From: the human T2T-CHM13v2.0 reference genome, Homo sapiens
Assembly (NCBI RefSeq): GCF_009914755.1
Contig: NC_060940.1
DNA length: 64,000 nucleotides
Strand: one strand, 5' to 3'
Shown: positions 15,201 through 29,400 of the stretch, one piece after another
Numbering within the stretch: the stretch's first letter is position 1
How the letters are laid out: each line of letters opens with the position of its first letter
Notes under the pieces: generated by a model
Seen by the model: the letters and a program-made list of their open reading frames with translations, nothing else
What the model was told of the DNA's origin: nothing
Databases searched by the model: none
Made by a program: the position numbers and the translations under genes

Positions 15201-18200
15201 CTTCTCGTCCATTGGATGATTCCATTTCATTCCATTCGATGATGATTCCATTCGATTCCATTCGATGATTCCATTTGATTCCATTCGACGGTGAGCAATT
15301 CGATTCAATTCCATGATGATTCTATTTGATTCAATTAGATGATGTTTCCATTCGAATCCATTCCATGATTATTCCATTGGAATCCATTCGGCGATGATTC
15401 CATATGAGTCAATTCAATGATGATTCCATATGGGTCCGTTCGATGATAATTCCATTTGATTTCATTCGATGCTTCTATTCTATTCCAGTCGATGATGATT
15501 CCGTTGGAGTCCATACGATGATTCCATTTGATTTCATTTGATGATGATTCCATTCGATGATGATTACATTGGATTCCATTCTATGATTCCATTCAATTCC
15601 ATTCGTTGATGATTCGATTCCATTCAATGATGATTCCATTTGAGTTCATTCGATGATTCTATTCGATTCCGTTCGATGGTGATTCAATTCTATTATATTG
15701 GATGATTCCACTCGATTCCATTTGATGATTATTCCATTGGAGTCCACTTAGTGAATCCTTTAGATTCTACTCGACGATGATTCCATTCGAGTCCATTCGA
15801 TGATACCATTCAATTCCATTCGTTGATGCTTCCATTCAAGTGCATTCGATGATATCATTCGATTCCATTTGATGATAATTCCATTTGATTCCATGCGATG
15901 ATTCTATTCGATTCCATTCAATGATAATTCCATTCAATTCAGTGATTCCTCTGGACTCCATTTGATGATGATTCCATTCAATGATTCCATTCGATTCTAT
16001 TCGAAAATGATTCCATTTGAATCCATTTGATGATGATTCCATTAGATTCCATTTGATGATTCCATTCGATTCCATTCGACGATGATTCCATTCGATTCCG
16101 TTTGATGATTCCATTCTATTCTATTCGATGATGATTCCATTCGATTCCATTCGATGATGATTGGATTCGATTCCATTGGATGATTTCATTTGATTCCATT
16201 CGTTAATGATTTCGATCAATTCCATTCGATGATTCCATTCGATTCCATTCGATAATGATTACATCCGAGTCCATTCGATGATTCCCTTTGAGCCTGTTCG
16301 ATAATTGCATTTGAGTCCAACCAATGATTCCATTCATTTCCATTCAATGATTCCATTCGAGTCCATTTGATCATTCCGGTAGGGTCCATTCGATGTTGAT
16401 TCCATTGGAGTGCATTCGATGATTCCATTCGAGTCCATTTTATGATTTGATTCGAGTCCTTTCGATGATTCCATTCGATTCCACTCGATGATGATTTCAT
16501 TCGAGTCCATTCGACACTTCCAATCGATTCCATTTGATGATTCCATTCGATTCCAATTGATGATTCCATTCAATTCCATTCGATGATGATTCCGTACGAT
16601 TCCATTCTGTGATGATTCCATGTGATTGCATTCAATGATGATTCCTTTCGATTGCATTCGATTATGATTCATTTCGTGTTCATTCTATGGTTCCACAGGT
16701 TTCCATTCGTGTCCATTCCATTATTCCATTCTATTCCATTTGATGATGATTCCATTCGATTCCATTCATTGGTGATTCCACTCAATTCCATTCAATGATT
16801 CCATTCCATTTCTTTCAACAATGATTCCATTAGTTTCTAATCGATGATCCACTTGATTCCATTTGACGACGATTCCATTCTTGTCCATTCGATGATTCCA
16901 TTTGATTCCATATGATGATGATTCCATTCGATTCCATACCATGATGATTCCATTCGAGTCCATTCAATGGTGATTCCATTCAATTCCATTCGATGATTCC
17001 TTTGGATTCCATTCGATGATGATGGCATTCGATTCCTTTCAATCATTCCCTTTGATTCCATTCAAAGGTGATTTCATTCAAGTCCATTCGATAATTGCAT
17101 TCGATTCCATTCTATGATGATTCCATTCGAGTCCATTTGATGATTCCATTCAATTCAAGTCAATGATGATTCCATTCGATTCCATTCGATGATTCCATTG
17201 GATTCCATTCGATGATGATTCCATTCAAATCCATTCGATAATTCAATTCAAGTCCATTCGATGATGATTCCAATCGAATCCATTCAAAGATTCCATTCAG
17301 TTCCATTCGATGATTCCCTTAGATTCCATTCGATGATTCCACTTGATTGCATTTACGATGATTCCATTCGATTCCATGTGATGATTCCATTCAATTCTAT
17401 TCAATGATGTCTCCATTTGATTCCATTCGACCATGATTGCCTTTGATTCCATTCAATGATTCCATTCGGTTCCGTTTGATGATGATTCCGTTTGATTCCA
17501 TTTGATGATTCCATTTGATTCCATTGGATGAGTCCATTCGATTACATTCGATGATTATTCCATTCGAGTGCATTAGATGATTCCATTCGAGTCCATTCGA
17601 TGATTCCATTCGATTCCATTCGATGTTGATTCTGTTCAAATCCATTCGATGATTCCACTCGATTCCATTCGTTGACTCCATTTGATCCCATTCGATGATT
17701 TCCTTTGATTCCCTTTGATGATCTTTCCATTTGATTCAATTCGGTGATTTCATTTGATTCCATTCAGTGATGTTTCCATTCGACTCCATTCGATGATGAT
17801 TCCATTCGACTCCATTCGATTATGATTTCATTCAATTCCATTCGATAATGATTCCCTTCGAGTCCATTCGATGATTCCATTCGATTCCATTCAACGATGA
17901 TTTGATTCGTGTCCATTCGATGATTCCATTTGATTCCACTTGATGATGATTCCATTCGAGTCCATTTGATGATTCCATTCAATTCCATACTCCGATGATT
18001 TCTTTTGAGCCCACTCAATGCTTCCACTCGATTCCATATGATGATGACTCCATTCGATGAAATTCGATGATGATTCCATTCGCTTGCTTTCGATGATGAT
18101 TCCACTTGAGTCCGTTAGAAGATTCTATTCAATTACATTCCATGACGATTCCGTTCGAGTCCATTTGATGATTCCATTAGACTCCATTCGACGATGATTC

Positions 18201-18336
18201 CATTCGATGTTATTCCATGATTCCATTCGATCTCATTCGATGATGATTCCATTAAACTCCATTCGATGTTTCCATTCGAGTTCATTCTATTATTCCATTA
18301 GATTCCATTCGATGATGATTCCATTCGATTCCATTT
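12225..18336 (+). repeat. HOR unit 3 (6,112 bp)
   Basis: Marker at 12225; ORFs recur at +12224 with scattered substitutions. Confidence 0.97.
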
Positions 18337-21300
18337 GATGATTGCATTCTATTTCATTTGATGATGATTCCATTCGAGTCCACTCGATGATTCCATTCGA
18401 GTCCATTTAATGAATCCATTGGTTTCAATTCTATGATGATTACATTGGATTCCATTCGTTGATGATTTCATTCGGTTCCATTCAATGATGATTCCATTCA
18501 ATTCCTTTCAATGTTTCCATTCAATTCCATACGATGATGATTCCATTTGATTTGATTCGACAGTGAGCCATTCGATTCAATCCCATGATGATTCTATTTG
18601 ATTCAATTGGTTGACATTTCCATTCGATTCCATTCGATGATGATTCCCTTTGATTCCGTTCAAAGATGATTCCATTCTAGCCCATTCAATCATTCCATTC
18701 GATTCTATTCAATGATGATTCCATTCATGTCGATTTGGTGATTCCATTTGACTTCATTTGATGATGATTCCTTTCAAGTTCATTAGATGATTCCATTCGA
18801 TTCCATTTGATGATGATCCCATTCGAGTCCATTCAGTGATTCCATTCGTTTCCATTCCATGATGATTCCATTCCTTTCCATTCAATGATTCCATTCGATT
18901 CCGTTTGATGATGATTTCATTCGAGTCCATTTGATGATTCCATTTGATTCCATTCGATGATGATTCCATTCGAGTCCATTCGATGATTCTATTCGAATCT
19001 ATTTGATGATTTCTTTTGATTATATTTGGTGATGATTCCATTGGAGTCCATTCAATGATTCCATTCTATTCCAATCGATGATGATTCCATTAGAGTCCAT
19101 TTAATGATTCCATTTGATTCCAGTCTCTGATGATTACATTCGAGTCCATACGATGATTCCACTCAATTCCATATGATGATGATTCCATTTGATTCCATTC
19201 GGTGATTCCATTCTATTCTATTCAATGGTGATTCCATTCGAGTACATTAGATGATTCCATTCGATTCCATTCAATGATGATTCTATTTGTGTCCCTTAGA
19301 TGATTCCACATGATTCCATTAGATGATGATACTATTTGAGCCCATCCAATGATTCCCTTCGATTCCATTCGATGAGGATTCCATTCGATTCAATTCATTG
19401 GTGATTCTATTCAATTCAATTCTTTGATTCCATTCCATTCCATTCGACAATGATTCCATTCGATTTCTTTCGATGATTCCACTCGATTCCACTTGACATT
19501 GATTCCATTCGATTCCATTCAATGATTCCATTTGATTCCAGTGGATGATGATTGCCATCGATTCCATTCGATCACTCCATTCTATTCCATTTGATGATGA
19601 TTACATTCGATTCCATTTGATGATTCCATCTGATTCTATTCGAGGATTCCATTTGATTCCATTCGATGATGATTCCATTCGAGTCCATTCGATGATTTCA
19701 TTCGAGTACATCCAATGATTCCATTCGAGTCCATTAGATGATTCCATTTGATTCCATTTGAAAATGATTCTACTAGAGTCCATTCAATGACTCCATTCGA
19801 GTCCATTCAACAATTCCATTCGACTCCATTCGATGATTCCATTCGATTCTATTTGATGGTTCCATTCGAGTCCATTTAATCATTACAGTCGAGTCCATTT
19901 GGTGATTCCACTGGATTTCTTTTGATAATGATACCATTCAATTACATTTGATGATGATCCCATTCAATTTCATTTGATGATGATTCCATTAGAGTCCATT
20001 CGATGATTTCATTCGAGTCCCTTCATTGATTCCATCCAATTTCATTGGATGATGACTCCATTCGAGTCCATTCGATGATTCCACTCGATTCCATTAGATG
20101 ACTCCATTGGAGTCCATTTGATTGTTCCATTCGATTCCATTCGATTCCTTTCGAAGATTATTCCATTTGAGTCCATTCGATGATGATTCCATTCCATTCC
20201 ATTCGATGATTCCGTTTGATTCCATTCGATGATTCCCTTCGATTCCTTTCTTTGATGATTCCATTCCATTCCATTCAATGATTCCATTCGAATCTATTCC
20301 ATGATGATTCCTTTCGATTCCATTCGCTGATGTTTCCGTTCAATTCCATTCGATGATGATTCCATTCGATTCCATTCATTGAGGATTCCATTTGATTCCA
20401 TTCAATGATGATTCCATTCTATTCCATTCAATGATTGCATTCAATTCCATTCAATGATTATCCCCTTAGAGTAAACTCAACGATTCCATTCAATACCATT
20501 CGATGATGATTCCTTTTGAGTCCATTCAATGATTTCATTCAAGTCCATTTGATGATTCCTTTCAATTCCATTCTATGATGATTCCATTCGAGTCCATTCG
20601 ATGATTCCATTCGATTGCATTCGATGATTCCATTATATTCCATTCAACGATGATTCCATTCGAGTCCATTCGATGATTCCATTAGAGTACATTTAATGAT
20701 TGCTTTGTTTTCAATTCGAAGATGATTACATTGGATTCCATTCTATGATACCATTCGATTCCATTCAATGATGATTCCACTCAAATCCATTGGATGATTC
20801 CATTCGTGTCCATTCGGTGATTTCATTAGATTCCATTCGAGGATGATTCCATTCGATTCCATTCGATGATTCCATTCAATTCCATTCGATGATGATTCCA
20901 TTCCAGTCCATATGATCATTCCATTTGATTTCATTCGATGATGATTCCATTCAATTCGATTCGACGATTCCATTCTATTCCATTCGATGATGATTCCATT
21001 CGAGTCCATTCGATGATTCCATTCGAGTCCATTTAATGATTCCATTGGGTTCAATTCAATGATGATTACATTGGATTCCGTTCTATGATTCCATTCAATT
21101 CCGTTCATTGACAATTTGATTCCATTCGATGATGATTCCATTTGAGTTCATTCTATGATTCTATTCGATTCTCTTCGATGGTGATTCAATTCTATTATAT
21201 TGGATGATTCCATTCGATTCCATTTGATGTTGATTCAATTCGATTCTATTCGATGATGATTCCATTGGATTTCACTTGATGATTCTATTCGATTCCATTC

Positions 21301-24111
21301 AATGATGATTCACTTCTCGTCCATTGGATGATTCCATTTCATTCCATTCGATGATGATTCCATTCGATTCCATTCGATGATTCCATTTGATTCCATGCGA
21401 CGGTGAGCAATTCGATTCAATTCCATGATGATTCTATTTGATTCAATTAGATGATGTTTCCATTCGAATCCATTCCATGATTATTCCATTGGAATCCATT
21501 CGGCGATGATTCCATATGAGTCAATTCAATGATGATTCCATATGGGTCCGTTCGATGATAATTCCATTTGATTTCATTCGATGCTTCTATTCTATTCCAG
21601 TCGATGATGATTCCGTTGGAGTCCATACGATGATTCCATTTGATTTCATTTGATGATGATTCCATTCGATGATGATTACATTGGATTCCATTCTATGATT
21701 CCATTCAATTCCATTCGTTGATGATTCGATTCCATTCAATGATGATTCCATTTGAGTTCATTCGATGATTCTATTCGATTCCGTTCGATGGTGATTCAAT
21801 TCTAGTATATTGGATGATTCCACTCGATTCCATTTGATGATTATTCCATTGGAGTCCACTTAGTGAATCCTTTAGATTCTACTCGACGATGATTCCATTC
21901 GAGTCCATTCGATGATACCATTCAATTCCATTCGTTGATGCTTCCATTCAAGTGCATTCGATGATATCATTCGATTCCATTTGATGATAATTCCATTTGA
22001 TTCCATGCGATGATTCTATTCGATTCCATTCAATGATAATTCCATTCAATTCAGTGATTCCTCTGGACTCCATTTGATGATGATTCCATTCAATGATTCC
22101 ATTCGATTCTATTCGAAAATGATTCCATTTGAATCCATTTGATGATGATTCCATTAGATTCCATTTGATGATTCCATTCGATTCCATTCGACGATGATTC
22201 CATTCGATTCCGTTTGATGATTCCATTCTATTCTATTCGATGATGATTCCATTCGATTCCATTCGATGATGATTGGATTCGATTCCATTTGATGATTTCA
22301 TTTGATTCCATTCGTTAATGATTTCGATCAATTCCATTCGATGATTCCATTCGATTCCATTCGATAATGATTACATCCGAGTCCATTCGATGATTCCCTT
22401 TGAGCCTGTTCGATAATTCCATTTGAGTCCAACCAATGATTCCATTCATTTCCATTCAATGATTCCATTCGAGTCCATTTGATCATTCCGGTAGGGTCCG
22501 TTCGATGTTGATTCCATTGGAGTGCATTCGATGATTCCATTCGAGTCCATTTTAGGATTTGATTCGAGTCCTTTCGATGATTCCATTCGATTCCACTCGA
22601 TGATGATTTCATTCGAGTCCATTCGACACTTCCAATCGATTCCATTTGATGTTTCCATTCGAGTCCAATTGATGATTCCATTCAATTCCATTCGATGATG
22701 ATTCCGTACGATTCCATTCTGTGATGATTCCATGTGATTGCATTCAATGATGATTCCTTTCGATTGCATTCGATTATGATTCATTTCGTGTTCATTCTAT
22801 GGTTCCACAGGTTTCCATTCGATGACGTTTCCGTTCGTGTCCATTCCATTATTCCATTCTATTTCATTTGATGATGATTCCATTCGATTCCATTCATTGG
22901 TGATTCCACTCAATTCCATTCAATGATTCCATTCCATTTCTTTCAACAATGATTCCATTAGTTTCTATTCGATGATCCACTTGATTCCATTTGGCGATGA
23001 TTCCATTCGTGTCCATTCGATGATTCCATTTGATTCCATATGATGATGATCCCATTCGATTCCATACCATGATGATTCCATTCGTGTCCATTCAATGGTG
23101 ATTCCTTTCAATTCCATTCGATGATTCCTTCCGATTCCATTCGATGATGATGGCATTCGATTCCTTTCAATCATTCCCTTTTATTCCATTCAAAGGTGAT
23201 TTCATTCAAGTCCATTCGATAATTGCATTCGATTCCATTCTATGATGATTCCATTCGAGTCCATTTGATGATTCCATTCAATTCAAGTCAATGATGATTC
23301 CATTCAATTCCACTCGATGATTCCATTGGATTCCATTCGATGATGATTCCATTCAAATCCATTCGATAATTCAATTCAAGTCCATTCGATGATGATTCCA
23401 ATCGAATCCATTCAAAGATTCCATTCAATTCCATTCGATGATGATTCCCTTAGATTCCATTCGATGATTCCACTTGATTTCATTTACGATGATTCCATTT
23501 GATTCCATGTGATGAATCCATTCAATTCTATTCAATGATGTTTCCATTTGATTCCATTGGACCATGATTGCCTTTGATTCCATTCAATGATTCCATTCGG
23601 TTCCATTTGATGATGATTCCGTTCGATTCCATTTGATGATTCCATTTGATTCCATTGGATGAGTCCATTCGATTACATTCGATGATTATTCCATTCGAGT
23701 GCATTAGATGATTGCATTCGAGTCCATTCGATGATTCCATTCGATTCCATTCGATGTTGATTCTGTTCAAATCCATTCGATGATTCCACTCGATTCCATT
23801 CGATGACTCCATTTGATCCCATTCGATGATTTCCTGTGATTCCCTTTGATGATCATTCTATTTGATTCAATTCGGTGATTTCATTTCATTCCATTCAGTG
23901 ATGTTTCCATTCGACTGTATTCGATGATGATTCCATTCGACTCCATTCGATTATGATTTCATTCAATTCCATTCAATAATGATTCCCTTCGAGTCCATTC
24001 GATGATTCCATTCGATTCCATTCAACGATGATTTGATTCGTTTCCATTCGATGATTCCATTTGATTCCACTTGATGATGATTCCATTCGAGTCCATTTGA
24101 TGATTCCATTC

Positions 24112-24280
24112 GAGTCTATTTATGTATTATATTCGTGTCCACTTCATGATTCCATTCAATTCCATTTAATGTTGATTCCATTTGATTCCATTTGATGATT
24201 CAGTTCGATTCCTTGCAATGATTCCCTACGATTCCTTTCTCTGATGATTCCATTCGATTCCATTCATTGATGATTTCATT
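24112..24280 (+). repeat. ~170-bp divergent HSat2 segment not placeable in the 6,112-bp HOR (junction insert)
   Basis: Colinearity with the HOR stops after HOR position 5756 (window 24111). Strings TATGTATTATATTCGTGTCCACTTC and CAGTTCGATTCCTTGCAATGATTCCCTACG were not seen in other units. Right boundary is approximate. Confidence 0.75.
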
Positions 24281-24284
24281 CGAC

Positions 24285-26409
24285 TCCATTCGATGATGAT
24301 TCCTTACGATTCCATTTGATGATTCCATTCTATTGCATTCGATGATGATTCCATTCGATTCCATTCGATGATGATTGGATTCGATTCCATTTGAATCCAT
24401 TCGATAATGATTTCGATCAATTCCATTCGATGATTCCATTCGATTCCATTCGATAATGATTACATCCGAGTCCATTCGATGATTCCATTTGAGCCCGTTC
24501 GATAATTCCATTTGAGTCCAATCAATGATTCCATTCATTTCCATTCAATGATTCCATTCAAGTCCATTTGATCATTCCGGTAGGGTCCGTTCGATGTTGA
24601 TTCCATTGGAGTGCATTCGATGATTCCATTCGAGTCCATTTTAGGATTTGATTCGAGTCCTTTCGATGATTCCATTCGATTCCACTCGATGATTTCATTC
24701 GAGTCCATTCGACACTTCCAATCGATTCCATTTGATGTTTCCATTCGATTCCAATTGATGATTCCATTCAATTCCATTCGATGATGATTCCGTACGATTC
24801 CATTCTGTGATGATTCCATGTGATTGCATTCAATGATGATTCCTTTCGATTGCATTCGATTATGATTCATTTCGTGTTCATTCTATGGTTCCACAGGTTT
24901 CCATTCGATGATGTTTCCATTCGTGTCCATTCCATTATTCCATTCTATTCCATTTGAAGATGATTCCATTCGATTCCATTCATTGGTGATTCCACTCAAT
25001 TCCATTCAATGATTCCATTCCATTTCTTTCAACAATGATTCCATTAGTTTCTATACGATGATCCACTTGATTCCATTTGACGATGATTCCATTCGTGTCC
25101 ATTCGATGATTCCATTTGATTCCATATGATGATGATTCCACTCGATTCCACACGATGATGATTCCATTCGAGTCCATTCAATGGTGATTCCATTCAATTC
25201 CATTCGATGATTCCTTTCGATTCCATTCAATGAGGATGGCATTCGATTCCTTTCGATCATTCCCTTTGATTCCATTCAAAGGTGATTTCATTCAAGTCCA
25301 TTCGATGATTGCATTCGATTCCATTCTATGATGATTCCATTCGAGTCCATTTGATGATTCCATTCAATTCAAGTCAATGATGATTCCATTGGATTCCACT
25401 CGATGATTCCATTGGATTCCATTCGATGATGATTCCATTCAAATCCATTCGATAATTCAATTCAAGTCCATTCGATGATGATTCCAATCGAATCCATTCA
25501 AAGATTCCACTCAATTCCATTCGATGATGATTCCCTTAGATTCCATTCGATGATTCCACTTGATTCCATTTACGATGATTCCATTCGATTCCATGTGATG
25601 ATTCCATTCAATTCTATTCAATGATGTTTCCACTTGATTCCATTCGAACATGATTGCCTTTGATTCCATTCAATGATTCCATACGGTTCCATTTGATGAT
25701 GATTCCATTCGAGTGCATTAGATGATTCCATTCGAGTCCATTCGATGATTCCACTCGATTCCATTCGTTGACTCCATTTGATCCCATTCGATGATTTCCT
25801 TTGATTCCCTTTGATGATCATTCCATTTGATTCAATTCGGTGATTTCATTTGATTCCATTCAGTGATGTTTCCATTCAACTCCTTTCGATGATGATTCCA
25901 TTCGACTCCATTCGATTATGATTTCATTCAATTCCATTCGATAATGATTCCCTTCAAGTCCATTCGATGATTCCATTCGATTCCATTCAACGATGATTTG
26001 ATTCGTGTCCATTCGATGATTCCATTTGATTCCATTTGATGATGATTCCATTCGAGTCCCTTTCATGATTCCATTCAATTCCATTCTCCGATGATTTCTT
26101 TTGAGCCCATTCAATGCTTCCACTCGATTCCATATGATGATGACTCCATTTGATGAAATTCCATGATGATTCCATTCGCTTGCATTCGATGATGATTCCA
26201 CTTGAGTCCGTTAGAAGATTCTATTCAATTACATTCCATGACGATTCTGTTCGAGTCCATTTGATGATTCCATTAGACTCCATTCGACGATGATTCCATT
26301 CGATGTTATTCGATGATGATTCCATTCAACTCCATTCGATGTTTCCATTCGAGTTCATTCTATTATTCCATTCGATTCCATTCGATGATGATTCCATTCG
26401 ATTCCATTT
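24285..26409 (+). repeat. Second, diverged copy of HOR positions ~3847-6112 within unit 4
   Basis: Re-entry shown by GATGATTGGATTCG, TTTCGATCAATTCC and TACATCCGAG. ORF offsets 20425, 20438 and 20320 and the marker offset 20297 fit indels of -13, -3, +16, +3, -72, -49 and -23 bp. Confidence 0.9.
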
Positions 26410-29400
26410 GATGATTGCATTCTATTTCATTTGATGATGATTCCATTCGAGTCCATTCGATGATTCCATTCGAGTCCATTTAATGAATCCATTGGTTTCA
26501 ATTCTATGATGATTACATTGGATTCCATTCGTTGATGATTTCATTCGATTCCATTCAATGATGATTCCATTCAATTCCATTCAATGATTCCATTCAATTC
26601 CATACGATGATGATTCCATTTGATTTGATTCGACAGTGAGCCATTCGATTCAATTCCATGATGATTCTATTTGATTCCATTGGTTGACATTTCCATTCGA
26701 TTCCATTCGATGATGATTCCATTTGATTCCATTCAAAGATGATTCCATTCTAGCCCATTCAATCATTCCATTCGATTCTATTCAATGATGATTCCATTCA
26801 TGTCGATTTGGTGATTCCATTTGACTTCATTTGATGATGATTCCTTTCAAGTTCATTAGATGATTCCATTCGATTCCATTTGATGATGATCCCATTCGAG
26901 TCCATTCAGTGATTCCACTCGTTTCCATTCCATGATGATTCCATTCCATTCCATTCAATGATTCCATTCGATTCCGTTTGATGATGATTTCATTCGAGTC
27001 CATTTGATGATTCCATTTGATTCCATTCGATGATGATTACATTCGAGTCCATACGATGATTCCACTCAATTCCATATGATGATGATTCCATTCGATTCCA
27101 TTCGATGATTCCATTCTATTCTATTCAATGGTGATTCCATTCGAGTACATTAGATGATTCCATTCGATTCCATTCAATGATGATTCTATTTGTGTCCCTT
27201 AGATGGTTCCACATGATTCCATTTCATGATGATACTATTTGAGCCCATCCAATGATTCCCTTCGATTCCATTCGATGAGGATTCCATTCGATTCAATTCA
27301 TTGGTGATTCTATTCAATTCAATTCTTTGATTCCATTCCATTCCATTCGACAATGATTCCATTCGATTTCTTTCGATGATTCCACTCGATTCCACTTGAC
27401 ATTGATTCCATTCGATTCCATTCAATGATTCCGTTTGATTCCAGTGGATGATGATTGCCATCGATTCCATTCGATCACTCCATTCTATTCCATTTGATGA
27501 TGATTACATTCGATTCCATTTGATGATTCCATCTGATTCTATTCGAGGATTCCATTTGATTCCATTCGATGATGATTCCATTCGAGTGCATTCGATGATT
27601 TCATTCGAGTACATCCAATGATTCCATTCGAGTCCATTTGATGATTCCATTTAATTCCATTTGATTATGATTCTACTAGAGTCCATTCAATGACTCCATT
27701 CGAATCCATTCAACAATTCCATTCGAGGCCATTCGATGATTCCATTTCATGATTCCATTCGAGTCCATTTAATCATTACAGTCGAGTCCATTTGGTGATT
27801 CCACTGGATTTCTTTTGATAATGATACCATTCAATTACATTTGATGATGATCCCATTCAATTTCATTTGATGGTGATTCCATTAGAGTCCATTCGATGAT
27901 TTCATTCGAGTCCCTTCATTGATTCCATCCGATTTCATTGGATGATGACTCCATTCGAGTCCATTCGATGATTCCACTCGATTCCATTAGATGATTTCAT
28001 TGGAGTCCATTTGATTGTTCCATTCGATTCTATTCGATTCCTTTCGAAGATTATTCCGTTTGAGTCCATTCGATGATGATTCCATTCCATTCCATTCGAT
28101 GATTCCGTTTGATTCCATTCGATGATTCCCTTCGATTCCTTTCTTTGATGATTCCATTCCATTCCATTCAATGATTCCATTCGAATCTATTCCATGATGA
28201 TTCCTTTCGATTCCATTCGCTGATGTTTCCGTTCAATTCCATTCGATGATGATTCCATTCGATTCCATTCATTGAGGATTCCATTTGATTCCATTCAATG
28301 ATGATTCCATTCTATTCCATTCAATGATTGCATTCAATTCCATTCAATGATTATCCCATTAGAGTAAACTCAACGATTCCATTCAATACCATTCGATGAT
28401 GATTCCTTTTGAGTCCATTCAATGATTTCATTCAAGTCCATTTGATGATTCCTTTCAATTCCATTCTATGATGATTCCATTCGAGTCCATTCGATGATTC
28501 CATTCGATTGCATTCGATGATTCCATTATATTCCATTCAACAATGATTCCATTCGAGTCCATTCCATGATTCCATTAGAGTACATTTAATGATTGCTTTG
28601 TTTTCAATTCGAAGATGATTACATTGGATTCCATTCTATGATACCATTCGATTCCATTCAATGATGATTCCACTCAAATCCATTGGATGATTCCATTCGT
28701 GTCCATTCGGTGATTTCATTAGATTCCATTCGAGGATGATTCCATTCGATTCCATTCGATGATTCCATTCAATTCCATTCGATGATGATTCCATTCCAGT
28801 CCATATGATCATTCCATTTGATTTCATTCGATGATGATTCCATTCGATTCCATTCGATGATTCCATTCTATTCCATTCGATGATGATTCCATTCGAGTCC
28901 ATTCGATGATTCCATTCGAGTCCATTTAATGATTCCATTGGGTTCAATTCAATGATGATTACATTGGATTCCGTTCTATGATTCCATTCAATTCCGTTCA
29001 TTGACAATTTGATTCCATTCGATGATGATTCCATTTGAGTTCATTCGATGATTCTATTCGATTCTCTTCGATGGTGATTCAATTCTATTATATTGGATGA
29101 TTCCATTCGATTCCATTTGATGTTGATTCAATTCGATTCTATTCGATGATGATTCCATTGGATTTCACTTGATGATTCTATTCGATTCCATTCAATGATG
29201 ATTCACTTCTCGTCCATTGGATGATTCCATTTCATTCCATTCGATGATGATTCCATTCGATTCCATTCGATGATTCCATTTGATTCCATGCGTCGGTGAG
29301 CAATTCGATTCAATTCCATGATGATTCTATTTGATTCAATTAGATGATGTTTCCATTCGAATCCATTCCATGATTATTCCATTGGAATCCATTCGGCGAT

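Larger units (their letters stand above)
18337..26409 (+). repeat. HOR unit 4, expanded structural variant (8,073 bp)
   Basis: Marker at 18337, next marker at 26410. Single-copy HOR landmarks occur twice: CCACAGGTTT at 22805 and 24891, CGTACG at 22705 and 24791. Confidence 0.93.

Noticed and set aside
24112-24280. Possible transposon or viral insertion at the junction
   Set aside because: The sequence retains ATTCCATT/GATGAT satellite grammar, with no poly-A, terminal repeats or target-site duplication.
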